Shown: positions 29,842-40,702 of the stretch, in pieces
Layout: the number at the start of each line of letters is the position of its first letter
Position numbering within the stretch: the first letter of the stretch is position 1
Assembly: GCA_017450325.1 (NCBI GenBank)
Contig: JAFSVB010000087.1
Location: 8,407 to 72,406, forward strand
Source: Bacilli bacterium
Lineage (GTDB): Bacteria > Bacillota_I > Bacilli_A > RFN20 > CAG-826
Direction: 5' to 3'
Length of the DNA stretch: 64,000 bases
The notes under the pieces: model-generated
Databases searched by the model: none
Seen by the model: only the letters and a program-made list of their open reading frames with translations
What the model was told of the DNA's origin: nothing
Program-made: the position numbers and the translations under genes

Positions 29842-30890
29842 AAAAGAATCTCCTCGGTTATACGCTGACGCAGATGACCGAAGAATTCGTTTCTTTGGGC
29901 CAAACTAAGTTTCGGGCTAAACAAGTTTATACGTGGGTGTATCAAAAACATGTTCTTTCCTTTTCCGAGATGACGGATATCTCGAAGGATTTTCGTGCGA
30001 CCCTCGAACGTGACTATTGCCTGGATTTGCCCAAGATCCATACCCGCCAAGACGCGACCGACGGCACCATCAAACTCCTTGTCGAAATGGAGGATGGCGC
30101 GAAGGTCGAAACCGTCTTGATGCCCTATAACTACGGGGACGCCATCTGCGTGTCGAGCCAAGTCGGCTGCAACATGGGATGCGCCTTCTGTGCCTCTGGT
30201 CTTCATCGCCGCACCCGCAACTTGACCGCGGCGGAGATGATGGGCGAGGTGCTCGTGATGAACGAAATCCTGATGGAGTGGGGCCGCCACGTGACCCATA
30301 TCGTCGTCATGGGGACGGGCGAGCCGTTTGATAACTACGATAATGTCTTGTCCTTCATCAAGGCCGCTAACGACCAGATGGGCCTCGCCATCGGCGCGCG
30401 CCACATCACGGTTTCCACCTGCGGCCTCGTAGATGGCATCCGCAAATACGGCCACGAGGGCATCCAAATCAACCTCGCGATTTCCCTCCATGCCCCGAAT
30501 GACGCCATTCGCAACCAAATCATGCCGATTTCCAAAGCCTATCCGATGGATAAGCTCATGGAAGCCTGCAAGGATTACGAGACCAATGCCAATCGCCGCG
30601 TTACCTTTGAATACATCATGCTCGCCGGGCTTAACGATTCTCTCGCCTGCGCCGATGAACTCGTGGATTTGATTCATCGTTACGGAATTTTCGCCTACGT
30701 GAATCTCATCCCTTATAACGAAGTGGTGGAAAAACCCTTCAAGCGCTCGCCCATGAGCCAGATCAAGGCCTTCGCCGACCGCTTAATGAAACGCGGGGTC
30801 AACACGACCGTCCGCAAGGAATTCGGTGGCGATATCGACGCCGCCTGCGGGCAGCTTCGCAGCAAAGTGATCACGGGGGAAGGCCAATGA
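29838..30890 (+). CDS. rlmN: 23S rRNA m2A2503 / tRNA m2A37 radical-SAM methyltransferase
   Basis: Radical-SAM CxxxCxxC in GCNMGCAFCASG, and the C-terminal catalytic Cys. Confidence 0.92.
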   Translation: MKKNLLGYTLTQMTEEFVSLGQTKFRAKQVYTWVYQKHVLSFSEMTDISKDFRATLERDYCLDLPKIHTRQDATDGTIKLLVEMEDGAKVETVLMPYNYGDAICVSSQVGCNMGCAFCASGLHRRTRNLTAAEMMGEVLVMNEILMEWGRHVTHIVVMGTGEPFDNYDNVLSFIKAANDQMGLAIGARHITVSTCGLVDGIRKYGHEGIQINLAISLHAPNDAIRNQIMPISKAYPMDKLMEACKDYETNANRRVTFEYIMLAGLNDSLACADELVDLIHRYGIFAYVNLIPYNEVVEKPFKRSPMSQIKAFADRLMKRGVNTTVRKEFGGDIDAACGQLRSKVITGEGQ

Positions 30891-31633
30891 TTTACAAAGG
30901 TCATTTCTCCTCGCGCACGGATATCGGCAAAGTGCGCATCACCAACGAAGACCAAGCCTACGTCCTCACGAATTATCAGGGGGACGTCTTTATGGTCGTC
31001 TGCGATGGGATGGGTGGCCAAAACAAGGGCGATTATGCCTCTAAGGTTGCCATTGATCACCTCGTCGAGGCGTTCCAGAACAAGAAAAAAGGACCCTCGA
31101 TCCTTTCGCGCGCTTGGCTTCGCCGCGTCATCAAGGAAGCCAACGCCATCATCTTCAACGAGGCGTCCAAGAACCCGATGTACGAAGGAATGGGCACGAC
31201 CTGCGTCGCCGTCTTGATTCAGGGAAACCGCATGATCGTGGCCAACGTCGGCGATTCCCGCGCCTATGGCTATGATGAACGCGGGCTGCGCCGCCTCACC
31301 AACGACCAGACCTACGTCGACTATCTTTATCGCTCTGGCCAAATCGCCGAGCGCGACAAAGAATCCTCGCCGGACCGCCACGTCCTCATGAACGCCCTTG
31401 GTATCTATCCTTCCGCCTCGCTCGACTTGGCGGTTCTGCCCTATGGCGGCGAGACGATCATGCTTTGCTCCGATGGCCTATACAACAACGTTTCCGAGCC
31501 GGAAATCCGCGCGATTTTGTCCACCGACGAGCGCCCGGACCAGAAGATTTCCTCGCTGATTGCCGAAGCCAACGCCAACGGTGGCTCCGACAATATGGCC
31601 ATCGCGATTTGGGAGGCGGACCGCCATGATTAA
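30887..31633 (+). CDS. stp: PP2C-family Ser/Thr phosphatase
   Basis: PP2C metal-binding motifs RTDIGKVRITNEDQ, VCDGMGG and GGSDNM. Confidence 0.9.
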   Translation: MIYKGHFSSRTDIGKVRITNEDQAYVLTNYQGDVFMVVCDGMGGQNKGDYASKVAIDHLVEAFQNKKKGPSILSRAWLRRVIKEANAIIFNEASKNPMYEGMGTTCVAVLIQGNRMIVANVGDSRAYGYDERGLRRLTNDQTYVDYLYRSGQIAERDKESSPDRHVLMNALGIYPSASLDLAVLPYGGETIMLCSDGLYNNVSEPEIRAILSTDERPDQKISSLIAEANANGGSDNMAIAIWEADRHD

Positions 31634-32498
31634 GATCGGCGACAAAATCGACGACCGCTACCGCATCGTCTCCCGCATCGCCACCGGTGGCATGTCGGAT
31701 GTCTATGAGGCCAACGACCTCATTTCAAAGCGCATCGTTTCCCTGAAGGTCATGAAAGAAGAGCTCATGTCCAATCAGGAGAACGTGTCCCGTTTTCTTA
31801 ATGAAACCGCCTCGGCCGCTAGTTTAAACCATCCAAACGTCGTCCGCGTCTATGGGCGCGGCACGATTGAGGGCAGGCCCTATATGGCCAACGAATTCAT
31901 CCGTGGCCAGACCTTGCGCGATAAGCTTAACTTCGCGGGCGCCTTGCCTTTATACGATACCTGCGAGGTCATGCTTCAACTCACCTCGGGCGTCGATTAT
32001 ATCCACCGGCACGGCATCGTCCACCGCGACTTAAAACCCGATAATCTCTTCTACATGTCCGATGGGACGTTGAAGATTTCCGACTTTGGCATCGCCTCGC
32101 CCATCGGGACGACCAATGAAGGGGACTCCATCCAGGGCACGATTTATTATTGCTCTCCCGAGATGATCATGGGCGCGCCCGCGGCCATCTCCAACGATAT
32201 TTATTCCATGGGCGTCATCTTCTATGAATTGCTCACGGGGCAAGTCCCGTTCGATGGCGCGAGCATCGAGGACGTCGCGATGAAGCAGATGCGCAAGAAG
32301 TGCCCCGAAGCGAGCAAGACCGTCCCCTCCATCCCGCGCAGCATCGACAAAATCATCATCCAAGCGTGCCGCAAAAGAGCGGAAGAGCGTTTCTTGACGG
32401 CGATGGAAATGAACCAAGCAATCGTCCGCGCTATGTCGGATACCGAGAACTTCAAGGAGCGCAAGAGCTTGATCCGCAAGCTCTTCGGATTCAAATGA
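31626..32498 (+). CDS. prkC: Hanks-type Ser/Thr protein kinase, catalytic domain only (no TM or PASTA)
   Basis: Catalytic loop HRDLKPDN, DFG and APE (SPE) motifs. ATGA overlap with stp. Start at MIKIGDK. Confidence 0.88.
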   Translation: MIKIGDKIDDRYRIVSRIATGGMSDVYEANDLISKRIVSLKVMKEELMSNQENVSRFLNETASAASLNHPNVVRVYGRGTIEGRPYMANEFIRGQTLRDKLNFAGALPLYDTCEVMLQLTSGVDYIHRHGIVHRDLKPDNLFYMSDGTLKISDFGIASPIGTTNEGDSIQGTIYYCSPEMIMGAPAAISNDIYSMGVIFYELLTGQVPFDGASIEDVAMKQMRKKCPEASKTVPSIPRSIDKIIIQACRKRAEERFLTAMEMNQAIVRAMSDTENFKERKSLIRKLFGFK

Positions 32499-33157
32499 GC
32501 TCTGTTTCTTTGGCCCCTTCTATCCTCTCTGCCGATTTTTCGCGTATCGAGGAAGAAGTGCTGAAAGTGGCGAAAGCTGGCGCGGAATTCATCCATCTCG
32601 ATGTGATGGATGGCGTTTTCGTGCCCGCGAAGACGTTCGGGCCAGAACTCGTCCAGCGCATCGTTCCTTTTACCGCGAACATGCTCCGCGACACCCATCT
32701 GATGGTGGAGGACCCAGAAGCCCTCGTCGATGGCTTCGCTTCCGCGGGGAGCCAATTGATCACCTTCCATTACGAATCCTACGATAACGATGAGAAGCGG
32801 TGGTCTTGCCTGCGCAGGATTAAGTCCAAAGGCGTGAAGGTGGGCATGTCCATCAAACCTGCGACTTCGCCCGAAGCGCTCGAACCGTTCTTAAGAGAAC
32901 TCGACCTCGTTTTGGTCATGTCCGTCGAACCTGGGAAAGGCGGGCAGGCGTTTATGGAGTCCGCGTTTTCAAAAATCGCTTATTACCGCAAGGCGATCGA
33001 TGCCATCGGAAAGCACGTGTATTTGGAAGTCGATGGCGGCATCAATGAGAAAACAGGGCGGATTTGCGTCGATTTCGGCGCGGATGTGCTCGTTGCTGGT
33101 TCTTATATATTCGGTCATGATGACTACGAAGACCGCATGGCGAGGTTAAGGAAATGA
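32495..33157 (+). CDS. rpe: Ribulose-phosphate 3-epimerase
   Basis: MSSVSLAPSILSADFSRIEEEV...HLDVMDG is the canonical Rpe N-terminus. Confidence 0.9.
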   Translation: MSSVSLAPSILSADFSRIEEEVLKVAKAGAEFIHLDVMDGVFVPAKTFGPELVQRIVPFTANMLRDTHLMVEDPEALVDGFASAGSQLITFHYESYDNDEKRWSCLRRIKSKGVKVGMSIKPATSPEALEPFLRELDLVLVMSVEPGKGGQAFMESAFSKIAYYRKAIDAIGKHVYLEVDGGINEKTGRICVDFGADVLVAGSYIFGHDDYEDRMARLRK

Positions 33158-33852
33158 CGACCGTTATTTTCTCTTGGCTTTTCTCACTGCTCTTCCCTTG
33201 GGCTTTTCTGCTCGCCCTCGGCCTTTCTTTTGGAACGCGCGGATACGCGAAAGCGGAAGAGAAGAAGTTCTCCTTCTTGACGATGTTCCCTCAGGAACTA
33301 TTCGATGGCAAGGACTCCTCTCGCGTAGGCGCACGCCTATTTATATATGGTTATGCTTTTTTAGATGCTTTTATCGGATGCTTCCCGTTGGTCGTAGGTT
33401 TCTTGCCACAGAGCTTCTTGCCCTTCGCGGTTCTCTTCCTCGTCTTTGGCGTCGTCAAGAACGCAAGCCTCGTCGTCTTGGTCCGCGCGCCCGCTTATGA
33501 ATTCAAGCCGCATCTGCTCGCCTTTGTCGTCTACGCGGGCTTTTCCATCCTCTCCATGACGATGGCGGCCATCTTATTCGTGAATCTGCGCATCTATAGC
33601 CAAACCCTAGCAGTGGTCTTTACGGTGCTCGCGGGGCTTCTTTGCATCGGCGAGCTCTTCGTCATCGCCAACCCCAAGCTCTCCCAATGGACGAAACTAC
33701 GCGCGAGCGTCGATGCGGAGGGCAACGTCGATACTTCGCGTCCTCGTCCTTTCGTGCTCGCGTTCTCGGAATGGATTTTGTTTGCCCTCTCTACGTTAGG
33801 AACGCTTGTGGGAATCCTCGGATTCACCTTACTCGCCCTCTCCGCTATCTAA
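33154..33852 (+). CDS. Hypothetical polytopic membrane protein
   Basis: About six predicted TM helices. ATGA overlap with rpe. Confidence 0.5.
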   Translation: MTTVIFSWLFSLLFPWAFLLALGLSFGTRGYAKAEEKKFSFLTMFPQELFDGKDSSRVGARLFIYGYAFLDAFIGCFPLVVGFLPQSFLPFAVLFLVFGVVKNASLVVLVRAPAYEFKPHLLAFVVYAGFSILSMTMAAILFVNLRIYSQTLAVVFTVLAGLLCIGELFVIANPKLSQWTKLRASVDAEGNVDTSRPRPFVLAFSEWILFALSTLGTLVGILGFTLLALSAI

Positions 33853-33861
33853 GGAAAAAGA

Positions 33862-33890
33862 AAGCCGACCCTAGCTGGTCGGCATATCTT
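33862..33890. terminator. Bidirectional hairpin terminator between convergent genes
   Basis: GCCGACC-ctagct-GGTCGGC with T-rich tracts on both strands. Confidence 0.55.
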
Positions 33891-33904
33891 TTCATGAACC
33901 AAGA

Positions 33905-34102
33905 TTACTTGGCGGCTTTGGTCGATTTCTTCAACGTACGATAAGCGCGGTTCGAGATACGGATCTCAACAACCTTTCCGTCGATTTCGACTTTACGCTT
34001 TTGAAGATTCACGTTCCAGCGGCGACGGGTAGCCCTCAAGGAGTGGCTACGGGTGTTCCCACTGACGGGACCTTTGCCGGTGACAGGACAATATCTGGAC
34101 AT
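33905..34102 (-). CDS. rpmB: 50S ribosomal protein L28
   Basis: MSRYCPVTGKGPVSGNTRSHSLRATRRRWNVNLQ is the L28 signature. RBS GGAGGTG. The ORF-track N-terminal extension is spurious. Confidence 0.9.
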   Translation of the reverse strand: MSRYCPVTGKGPVSGNTRSHSLRATRRRWNVNLQKRKVEIDGKVVEIRISNRAYRTLKKSTKAAK

Positions 34103-34344
34103 AATCTCACCTCCCGCGTTAGACGCGTGGGTAAATATAGCACGCACGGGGAAGGGTGGCAAATGTTTTCGCCTCAAGTTGAGCAAGGCGTTTGGACATA
34201 ACAGCCATCGCGTCCATTTTTCCATGCCTCTTTTTGACGGTTTTTGTCTTTCACTGATTGGGCATTAATCCCAATACTAATAGTTTTGCAATGTATTCGC
34301 CTTACTTTTGTAATTCTTTCATAAAAACTAGGAGTGTAATATCG

Positions 34345-34361
34345 TTCTATCTAAGATAGAA
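34345..34361. promoter_or_regulatory. Perfect inverted repeat TTCTATC-N3-GATAGAA overlapping a TAGAAT -10 upstream of glgC
   Basis: Seen directly. A -35-like TGTAAT lies 16 nt upstream of TAGAAT. Confidence 0.3.
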
Positions 34362-34382
34362 TATTGATTAGGAGGACTTCGC

Positions 34383-35519
34383 ATGGCCATTAAACTTGCC
34401 GCGATGATTCTCGCCGGAGGCAAAGGCACCCGTTTGGGAGCTTTGACGAAAAAGCTCGCCAAGCCGGCGGTCAGCTACGGTGGGAAATACCGCATCATTG
34501 ATTTTCCTTTATCCAATTGCGCGAACTCAGGAATCACGCACGTGGGCGTTTTGACTCAATACGAGAGCAGCGCCCTTAATTCCTACATCGGGAATGGAAA
34601 GAACTGGGGGTTGAACGGCGTCAACTGCCTCACCAGCGTTCTTTCACCAAAGCAGACGGAGCAGGGCTCCAACTGGTACCGCGGAACCGCGGACGCCATC
34701 TACCAGAACCTCGATTGGCTCGATGAGCTCGACCCCGAATACGTTCTCATCCTTTCGGGCGACCACATCTACGCGACGACGTTCGACGAGATGCTCGAGC
34801 TCCACATCAAGAACAAAGCGGACTGCACTGTCGCCGTCCGTGAGGTTCCCTTAGCCGAGGCGTCCCGCTTTGGCATCTGCGAGACCGATGAGCGCAACTT
34901 CATCATCGGCTTCAAGGAAAAACCCAAGCAGCCCAAGGGCACCCTCGCTTCCATGGGCATCTATATCTTCACCTACAAGTCGCTGAAGAAATACCTTAAG
35001 GCCGACTTCGGCAAGGAGAAATCCGACCACGACTTCGGCAAGGACATCATCCCCTCGATGATCGCCCGCGAGAAGCGCTTGCTCGCCTACCGCTATGGCG
35101 GATATTGGAAAGACGTCGGCACCATCGCCTCCCTCCATCAGGCCAACATGGACCTCTTGCTCTCGGGTGACCCCGAAATCGACTTGTATTCGATCCAGGA
35201 CAGCGCCCACATCTATACCGAAGACAACCATTGCACCCCGCAATACATCGGTCCGGATGCGGTCGTCCGCGATTGCCTCATCAACCAAGGCGCTTGCATC
35301 AAAGGCACCGTGGATCACTGCGTCATCTCCTCCGACGTCGTCGTGGACGAAGGCGCGGAATGCTATAACACCGTCCTCATGAACGGCTGCCACGTCCGCT
35401 CCGGCGCGAAGGTCTATGACTGCCTCGTCGCCCCGAACGAAGCCGTCCGCAAAGGCGAGATTGTTAATGAAACCCGCGATGGCATCGCCCTCTACGCGGG
35501 TGGGAGGACCGTCAAATGA
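34383..35519 (+). CDS. glgC: Glucose-1-phosphate adenylyltransferase
   Basis: MILAGGKGTRLGALTKKLAKPAV...KYRIIDFPLSNCANSG. RBS AGGAGG. Confidence 0.92.
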   Translation: MAIKLAAMILAGGKGTRLGALTKKLAKPAVSYGGKYRIIDFPLSNCANSGITHVGVLTQYESSALNSYIGNGKNWGLNGVNCLTSVLSPKQTEQGSNWYRGTADAIYQNLDWLDELDPEYVLILSGDHIYATTFDEMLELHIKNKADCTVAVREVPLAEASRFGICETDERNFIIGFKEKPKQPKGTLASMGIYIFTYKSLKKYLKADFGKEKSDHDFGKDIIPSMIAREKRLLAYRYGGYWKDVGTIASLHQANMDLLLSGDPEIDLYSIQDSAHIYTEDNHCTPQYIGPDAVVRDCLINQGACIKGTVDHCVISSDVVVDEGAECYNTVLMNGCHVRSGAKVYDCLVAPNEAVRKGEIVNETRDGIALYAGGRTVK

Positions 35520-36637
35520 AAAGCGTCACCGGCATCGTGAATTTCCATACCGCCCCAAAGGCGTTGCCCATTACCAAGGAACGCCCCTTAGGCTCCACCT
35601 CCTACCTCGGCCGTTATGCCTTCTGCGACTTCGCTTTGTCGAACCTCTGCAACTCGGGCATTTCCCAGGTCGGATTGCTCGTCAAGGATCATCTCCGTTC
35701 CATTTTGAAGCACCTCGGCTCCATGAATTCGTGGGTCATCAACACCAAGATCGGCCATACCCACATCATGTACAACGAGCCCGGCCAGCGCGACCCGCGC
35801 CTCAATAGCGACGTCAATAACCTCCTCGAGAACGATTGGATGCTCTATGACTCCGCCAGCCAATACTTCGTCTTCGTTCCCTCGCATCTCATCTGCGCGA
35901 TGAACCTCCGCCCCTACGTCAAGGCGCACATTAAGGAAAACCGTTCCATCACCATCATCGCTTCGAAGCAGCGCAACCTCAAGAGCAGCTGGATCGGCAG
36001 CGATGTCCTTGACTTCGACGACAAGGGCGTCCTCATCGGCTCCGACAAGAACAACGGCCAGTTCGCCAATCCGCGCGTCGTGAGCCTCGATACCTTAATC
36101 ATCAACCGTACGACCCTTGTGAACCTGCTTCGCAAGTTCGCGCCGCTCGACCCCAAGGCGGACCTGTTCACGTTGATCATGACCGCCTATAAGGAAGGCG
36201 TCGTCCCCATCACCGTCGACTATTTCGATGGCTTCGTCCGCGCGGTCGATTCCTTCGCCCATTACATGGACTACTCGCTCGAGATGCTCGACAAACACAA
36301 AGCCGACCAACTCTTCAACCCCGCGTGGCCCATTTATACGCTCACTCACGATACCCCGCCCGCTCTTTATGGCGAGGAATCAGAAGTCCGCAATTCCTAC
36401 ATCTCCAACGGCGCCCGCGTCGAAGGAAAGGTCATCAACTCGATCATCGCCCGTAATGTCCATATCGGCAAAGGCGCGGTCATCAAGAATTCCATCATCT
36501 TCTCCTCCGTCAACATCAATGAAGGGGCGATGGTGGAGAACGTCCTCATCGATAAGTACTCCATCGTCGAGCGTGACCATATCATCAAAGGCAAGGCGAA
36601 AGAGCCCATCTACGTCGCCCAGGGAGCGATCATATGA
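35516..36637 (+). CDS. glgD: Glycogen biosynthesis protein GlgD (non-catalytic GlgC paralog)
   Basis: GlgC-like fold with the degenerate N-terminal nucleotide-binding loop typical of Firmicutes GlgD. Overlaps glgC and glgA by 4 nt each. Confidence 0.85.
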   Translation: MKSVTGIVNFHTAPKALPITKERPLGSTSYLGRYAFCDFALSNLCNSGISQVGLLVKDHLRSILKHLGSMNSWVINTKIGHTHIMYNEPGQRDPRLNSDVNNLLENDWMLYDSASQYFVFVPSHLICAMNLRPYVKAHIKENRSITIIASKQRNLKSSWIGSDVLDFDDKGVLIGSDKNNGQFANPRVVSLDTLIINRTTLVNLLRKFAPLDPKADLFTLIMTAYKEGVVPITVDYFDGFVRAVDSFAHYMDYSLEMLDKHKADQLFNPAWPIYTLTHDTPPALYGEESEVRNSYISNGARVEGKVINSIIARNVHIGKGAVIKNSIIFSSVNINEGAMVENVLIDKYSIVERDHIIKGKAKEPIYVAQGAII

Positions 36638-38070
36638 GAATCGCAATGGTGGCGTCGGAGGCCAACCCTCTTTGCAAGACGGGCGGCCTTGCGGACGTTA
36701 TCTGGTCCCTTAGCCGTGAGCTGAACAAGCTCGGCCACGAAGCTTTCATCGTCCTCCCTTATTACAGGGCCATCCAAGCCCATGAAGACCTCAATCCCAC
36801 GTTCCTTGGAGAATACGAGGTTCGTTTGTCTTGGCGCAGGCAGGTGGCGGAAGTCTATCTCGCCGAAGTCCAAGGGGTGAAGTTCTACCTCATTGGCAAC
36901 GAATACTATTTCGATCGCGATAGCCTTTACGGCTATGACGACGATGGCGAGCGTTTTGCCTTCTATTGCCTCGCCGTGCGCGATTTGTTCGTGAAGTTCA
37001 ACGTGCACTGCGACGTCATCCACATCCACGATTGGCAGGTCGGCATGTTGCCGGTCCTCGTCCGCGAGCAATCGGCCCAAGAGAAGGCCTTCCAAGGCAC
37101 GAAGTTCGTCATGACACTTCATAATGAGGCGTTCAAAGGCTACCTCGACCGTTATTTCCTCGGTCACTTCTTCGGCCTTGAAGACCGCATCTACGATAAC
37201 GGCGCCGTCCGCTTCGATGGCATGGTGTCGACCTTAAAGGCCGGCATCGTCTATTGCGATAAAGTCGTCGCTGTCTCGCCAAACCACGCAAAAGAACTGC
37301 TTACTCCGGGCGACTCGATGCGTCTTTATGGCGTCCTCGAGCTACGGAAAGCCGACTTCACCGGCATCGTCAATGGCGTCGACGAAGAGGAGTTCGACCC
37401 CAAGAAAGACCCCCTCATCGCCGCCCATTTCTCCGCGACGAAATACGCGGAAGGAAAGGCTGCTTGCCGCGAGAAACTGCTCGATACCATGGAGTTAGAC
37501 CATGACGACGCGCCGGTATTTGGCCTCGTCACCCGCCTCACGTGGCAAAAGGGCATCGACCTCATCATCGGCTATGGCGAGGACCTCGTCCGCAAGGGCG
37601 GGAAGCTCGCGGCCCTAGGCTCAGGCGAACGCGATCTCGAAGAGCGCCTTGAAGCCCTCCATGCTCGCTACCCATCCCGCGTCGCGATTTACCGTGGCTA
37701 TTCCAACCAGCTCGCCCATGACATCTATGCGGGCTCCGACTTCTTCCTGATGCCCTCGCTGTTTGAACCTTGCGGCATCGGACAGATGATCGCCCAGCGT
37801 TACGGCACCCTTCCCATCGCCCGTCGCGTCGGCGGCCTCGCCGATACGATCGAAGCCTATGATGGCAAGAACGACAAGACCGCCAACGGCTTCCTCTTCA
37901 ACGACTACCGCGTCGAAGGGCTCGGCTGGGCATGCGATCAAGCGATGGAAGTCTACGCGGACAAGAAGAAGCTTCACAAGCTCCTTGTCAACGCGATCAA
38001 GACCGACCATTCCTGGAGAAGAAGCGCCGAGCTCTATCTTGGCATCTATCAGGAAATCGTCGCCCGATAA
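36634..38070 (+). CDS. glgA: Glycogen synthase (ADP-glucose type, GT5)
   Basis: MRIAMVASEANPLCKTGGLADV is the KTGGL motif N-terminus. Confidence 0.92.
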   Translation: MRIAMVASEANPLCKTGGLADVIWSLSRELNKLGHEAFIVLPYYRAIQAHEDLNPTFLGEYEVRLSWRRQVAEVYLAEVQGVKFYLIGNEYYFDRDSLYGYDDDGERFAFYCLAVRDLFVKFNVHCDVIHIHDWQVGMLPVLVREQSAQEKAFQGTKFVMTLHNEAFKGYLDRYFLGHFFGLEDRIYDNGAVRFDGMVSTLKAGIVYCDKVVAVSPNHAKELLTPGDSMRLYGVLELRKADFTGIVNGVDEEEFDPKKDPLIAAHFSATKYAEGKAACREKLLDTMELDHDDAPVFGLVTRLTWQKGIDLIIGYGEDLVRKGGKLAALGSGERDLEERLEALHARYPSRVAIYRGYSNQLAHDIYAGSDFFLMPSLFEPCGIGQMIAQRYGTLPIARRVGGLADTIEAYDGKNDKTANGFLFNDYRVEGLGWACDQAMEVYADKKKLHKLLVNAIKTDHSWRRSAELYLGIYQEIVAR

Positions 38071-38084
38071 ACCAAACCACAAGA

Positions 38085-38115
38085 ACCCCTGGCAACTGCT
38101 TGGGGTTTTTCTTTT
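38085..38115 (+). terminator. Rho-independent terminator after glgA
   Basis: CCCCTGGC-aact-GCTTGGGG followed by TTTTTCTTTTT. Confidence 0.65.
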
Positions 38116-38278
38116 TGGTGGCGTTTTTGCGGAGATTTTTCATGTTTTCCGCGTCACGAAACGTCTAGGTTTTCCATCGATATTGGCGGGGAACTCTTTT
38201 TAGCGAAACTCCCTTTTGGGGAGAATCGGCATTTATGCCTATTTCCCTTTTCTAGGGAAAACGTATAATTCAAGCGTT

Positions 38279-40687
38279 ATGAGCTACGATTACAAGAACA
38301 TTGAAACCAAATGGGCAGAGGCATGGGCTGCCCAAAACGCATTCTATTGCGACACCCATGACTTCAGCAAACCGAAATACTATGTCCTCGACATGTTCCC
38401 TTACCCCTCTGGACAAGGGCTTCACGTCGGCCATCCGGAAGGCTACACCGCGAGCGACATCGTGGCCCGCATGAAGCGCATGCAGGGCTTTAACGTCCTC
38501 CATCCGATGGGCTGGGATGCCTTTGGATTGCCCGCGGAGCAATTCGCGATCAAGAATAACGTCCACCCGGAAGTCTTCACCCGCAAGAACATCGAGAACT
38601 TTAAGAAACAGATCAACGCTTTAGGCTTTTCCTATGACTGGAGCAAGGAAGTTGCGACCATCGACGTCGATTACTACAAATGGACGCAATGGATCTTCCT
38701 CCAGCTCTACGCCCATGACCTCGCCTATGTCAGCAACATCCCCGTCAATTATTGCCCAGAGCTTGGCACCGTATTGGCCAACGAGGAAGTAGTGGATGGC
38801 AAGTCCGAGGTCGGTGGCTTCCCCGTCATCCGCATGCCGATGAGGCAGTGGGTCCTCAAAATCACCGAATATGCCGACCGTCTCGCCGAAGACCTCGACG
38901 AGCTCAATTGGCCGAAGTCCACGCTGGAGATGCAGCGCAACTGGATCGGCCGCAGCGAAGGCGTGGCCATCACGTTCCAAATCGAAGACCACAAGGAATC
39001 CTTCCAAGTCTTCACGACCCGCGTCGATACGCTTTTTGGCTGCACCTATTGCTGCCTCGCGCCGGAGCATCCCTTGGTTTCCACATTGGCAAGCGCGGAA
39101 CAGAAAGAGGCGGTGGAAGCCTATGTCAAGGCCGCTTCCGCCAAGTCTGACCTCGCCCGTACCGGCACTGAGAAAGAAAAGACCGGCGTCTATTTGGGCG
39201 TCCACGCCATCAACCCGATCAACGGCAAGTCCATTCCCGTCTACGTCGCCGACTACGTCCTCGGATCCTATGGTTCTGGGGCCGTCATGGCCGTCCCGGC
39301 TCACGATGAGCGCGACTATGCCTTTGCGAAGAAACACGGCCTTGAGATGATTCAGGTCTTGGAAGGCGATATTTCCGAAAACGCGTTCACGGGTGACGCC
39401 AAACACATCCATTCCGACTTCGCGGATGGCCTCAACATCGCCGATGCGAAACTCGCCATAACCAAGAAACTCGTCGAGATGGGTGCGGGCGACCGCGTCA
39501 TCAATTACAAACTGCGTGACTGGATTTTCTCCCGTCAGCGTTATTGGGGCGAGCCCATTCCGATGGTCACCCTCGAGGATGGGACCGAATTCCCAATCCC
39601 CGAAGACCAGCTCCCCATCACCCTCCCCGAGATGGATAAGTACCAGCCTTCTTCCGGTGGCAAACCTCCGTTAGCAATGGCGCCTTCTTCTTGGCTTGAC
39701 TATGTCACTCCCGATGGAAGAGAGGGAACCCGCGAGACCAATACGATGCCTCAATGGGCGGGCTCTTGCTGGTATTACATCCGCTATATCGATCCGCATA
39801 ATCCAGATGCCATCTGTGACGAGAAACTCCTGAAGCACTGGCTCCCCGTCGACCTCTATATCGGTGGGGCGGAACACGCGGTTCTGCATTTGCTCTATGC
39901 CCGTTTCTGGCATAAGTTCCTCTATGACATCGGCGTCGTCGGCTGCAAAGAACCCTTCCAGCGCCTCTTCCATCAAGGCATGATCCTTGGCGAAAACGGC
40001 GAGAAGATGTCCAAGAGTCGCGGCAACGTCGTCAACCCCGACGAAATCATCGCCTCCCATGGCGCGGACTCCCTCCGCTTGTTTGAGATGTTCGCGGGAC
40101 CTTTGAACGAGGTGAAGCCTTGGTCCACGACCGGACTTGATGGCGCGCATCGTTTCATCGAACGCGTCTATCGCCTCATCGACGAACCTTCTTTCGCGTC
40201 CAAGATCAGCGACGAGAATTCCAAGGAACTCGATTACTCGTATAACTTCCTCGTGAAGAAGGTCACCGCCGACTTCGAGGACCTTGCCTTCAACACGGCC
40301 ATCGCCCAGATGATGGTCTTCATCAACGACTGCTATAAAGCCAAATCGCTCTACCGCCCCTATATCGAGGGCTTCGTCCAGATGTTCTCGTGCATCTGCC
40401 CCTTCGTCGGGCAGGAGATGTGGGCGCGTCTTGGCCACGAAGAACTTCTCACCTATGTCGCTTGGCCGAAGTGCGACGAGGCCAAACTCGTCAAGGATGA
40501 GGTCAAGATTCCCGTCTCCGTCAACGGCAAGACCCGCAATGTTTTGCTCCTTCCCGCCGATAGCAGCGAAGAGGAAGTCAAGGCGGCAGCGCTCAACGAT
40601 GAGCGCGTCAAGCCATTCCTCGAGGGCAAGGAAATCAAGAAAGTCATCTACGTGAAAGGGCGCATCCTCAACATCGTCGTCGCGTAG
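38279..40687 (+). CDS. leuS: Leucyl-tRNA synthetase
   Basis: HVGHPEGY (HIGH) and KMSKS motifs, about 800 aa. Start at [12 protein letters not shown]. Confidence 0.95.
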   Translation: MSYDYKNIETKWAEAWAAQNAFYCDTHDFSKPKYYVLDMFPYPSGQGLHVGHPEGYTASDIVARMKRMQGFNVLHPMGWDAFGLPAEQFAIKNNVHPEVFTRKNIENFKKQINALGFSYDWSKEVATIDVDYYKWTQWIFLQLYAHDLAYVSNIPVNYCPELGTVLANEEVVDGKSEVGGFPVIRMPMRQWVLKITEYADRLAEDLDELNWPKSTLEMQRNWIGRSEGVAITFQIEDHKESFQVFTTRVDTLFGCTYCCLAPEHPLVSTLASAEQKEAVEAYVKAASAKSDLARTGTEKEKTGVYLGVHAINPINGKSIPVYVADYVLGSYGSGAVMAVPAHDERDYAFAKKHGLEMIQVLEGDISENAFTGDAKHIHSDFADGLNIADAKLAITKKLVEMGAGDRVINYKLRDWIFSRQRYWGEPIPMVTLEDGTEFPIPEDQLPITLPEMDKYQPSSGGKPPLAMAPSSWLDYVTPDGREGTRETNTMPQWAGSCWYYIRYIDPHNPDAICDEKLLKHWLPVDLYIGGAEHAVLHLLYARFWHKFLYDIGVVGCKEPFQRLFHQGMILGENGEKMSKSRGNVVNPDEIIASHGADSLRLFEMFAGPLNEVKPWSTTGLDGAHRFIERVYRLIDEPSFASKISDENSKELDYSYNFLVKKVTADFEDLAFNTAIAQMMVFINDCYKAKSLYRPYIEGFVQMFSCICPFVGQEMWARLGHEELLTYVAWPKCDEAKLVKDEVKIPVSVNGKTRNVLLLPADSSEEEVKAAALNDERVKPFLEGKEIKKVIYVKGRILNIVVA

Positions 40688-40702
40688 TCTTGGAGTCGAT
40701 TT

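Noticed and set aside
38071-38278. T-box riboswitches upstream of leuS and tyrS
   Set aside because: The leaders are short and I could not find the conserved T-box sequence or specifier-loop architecture by eye. Reported as absence, pending a covariance-model scan.
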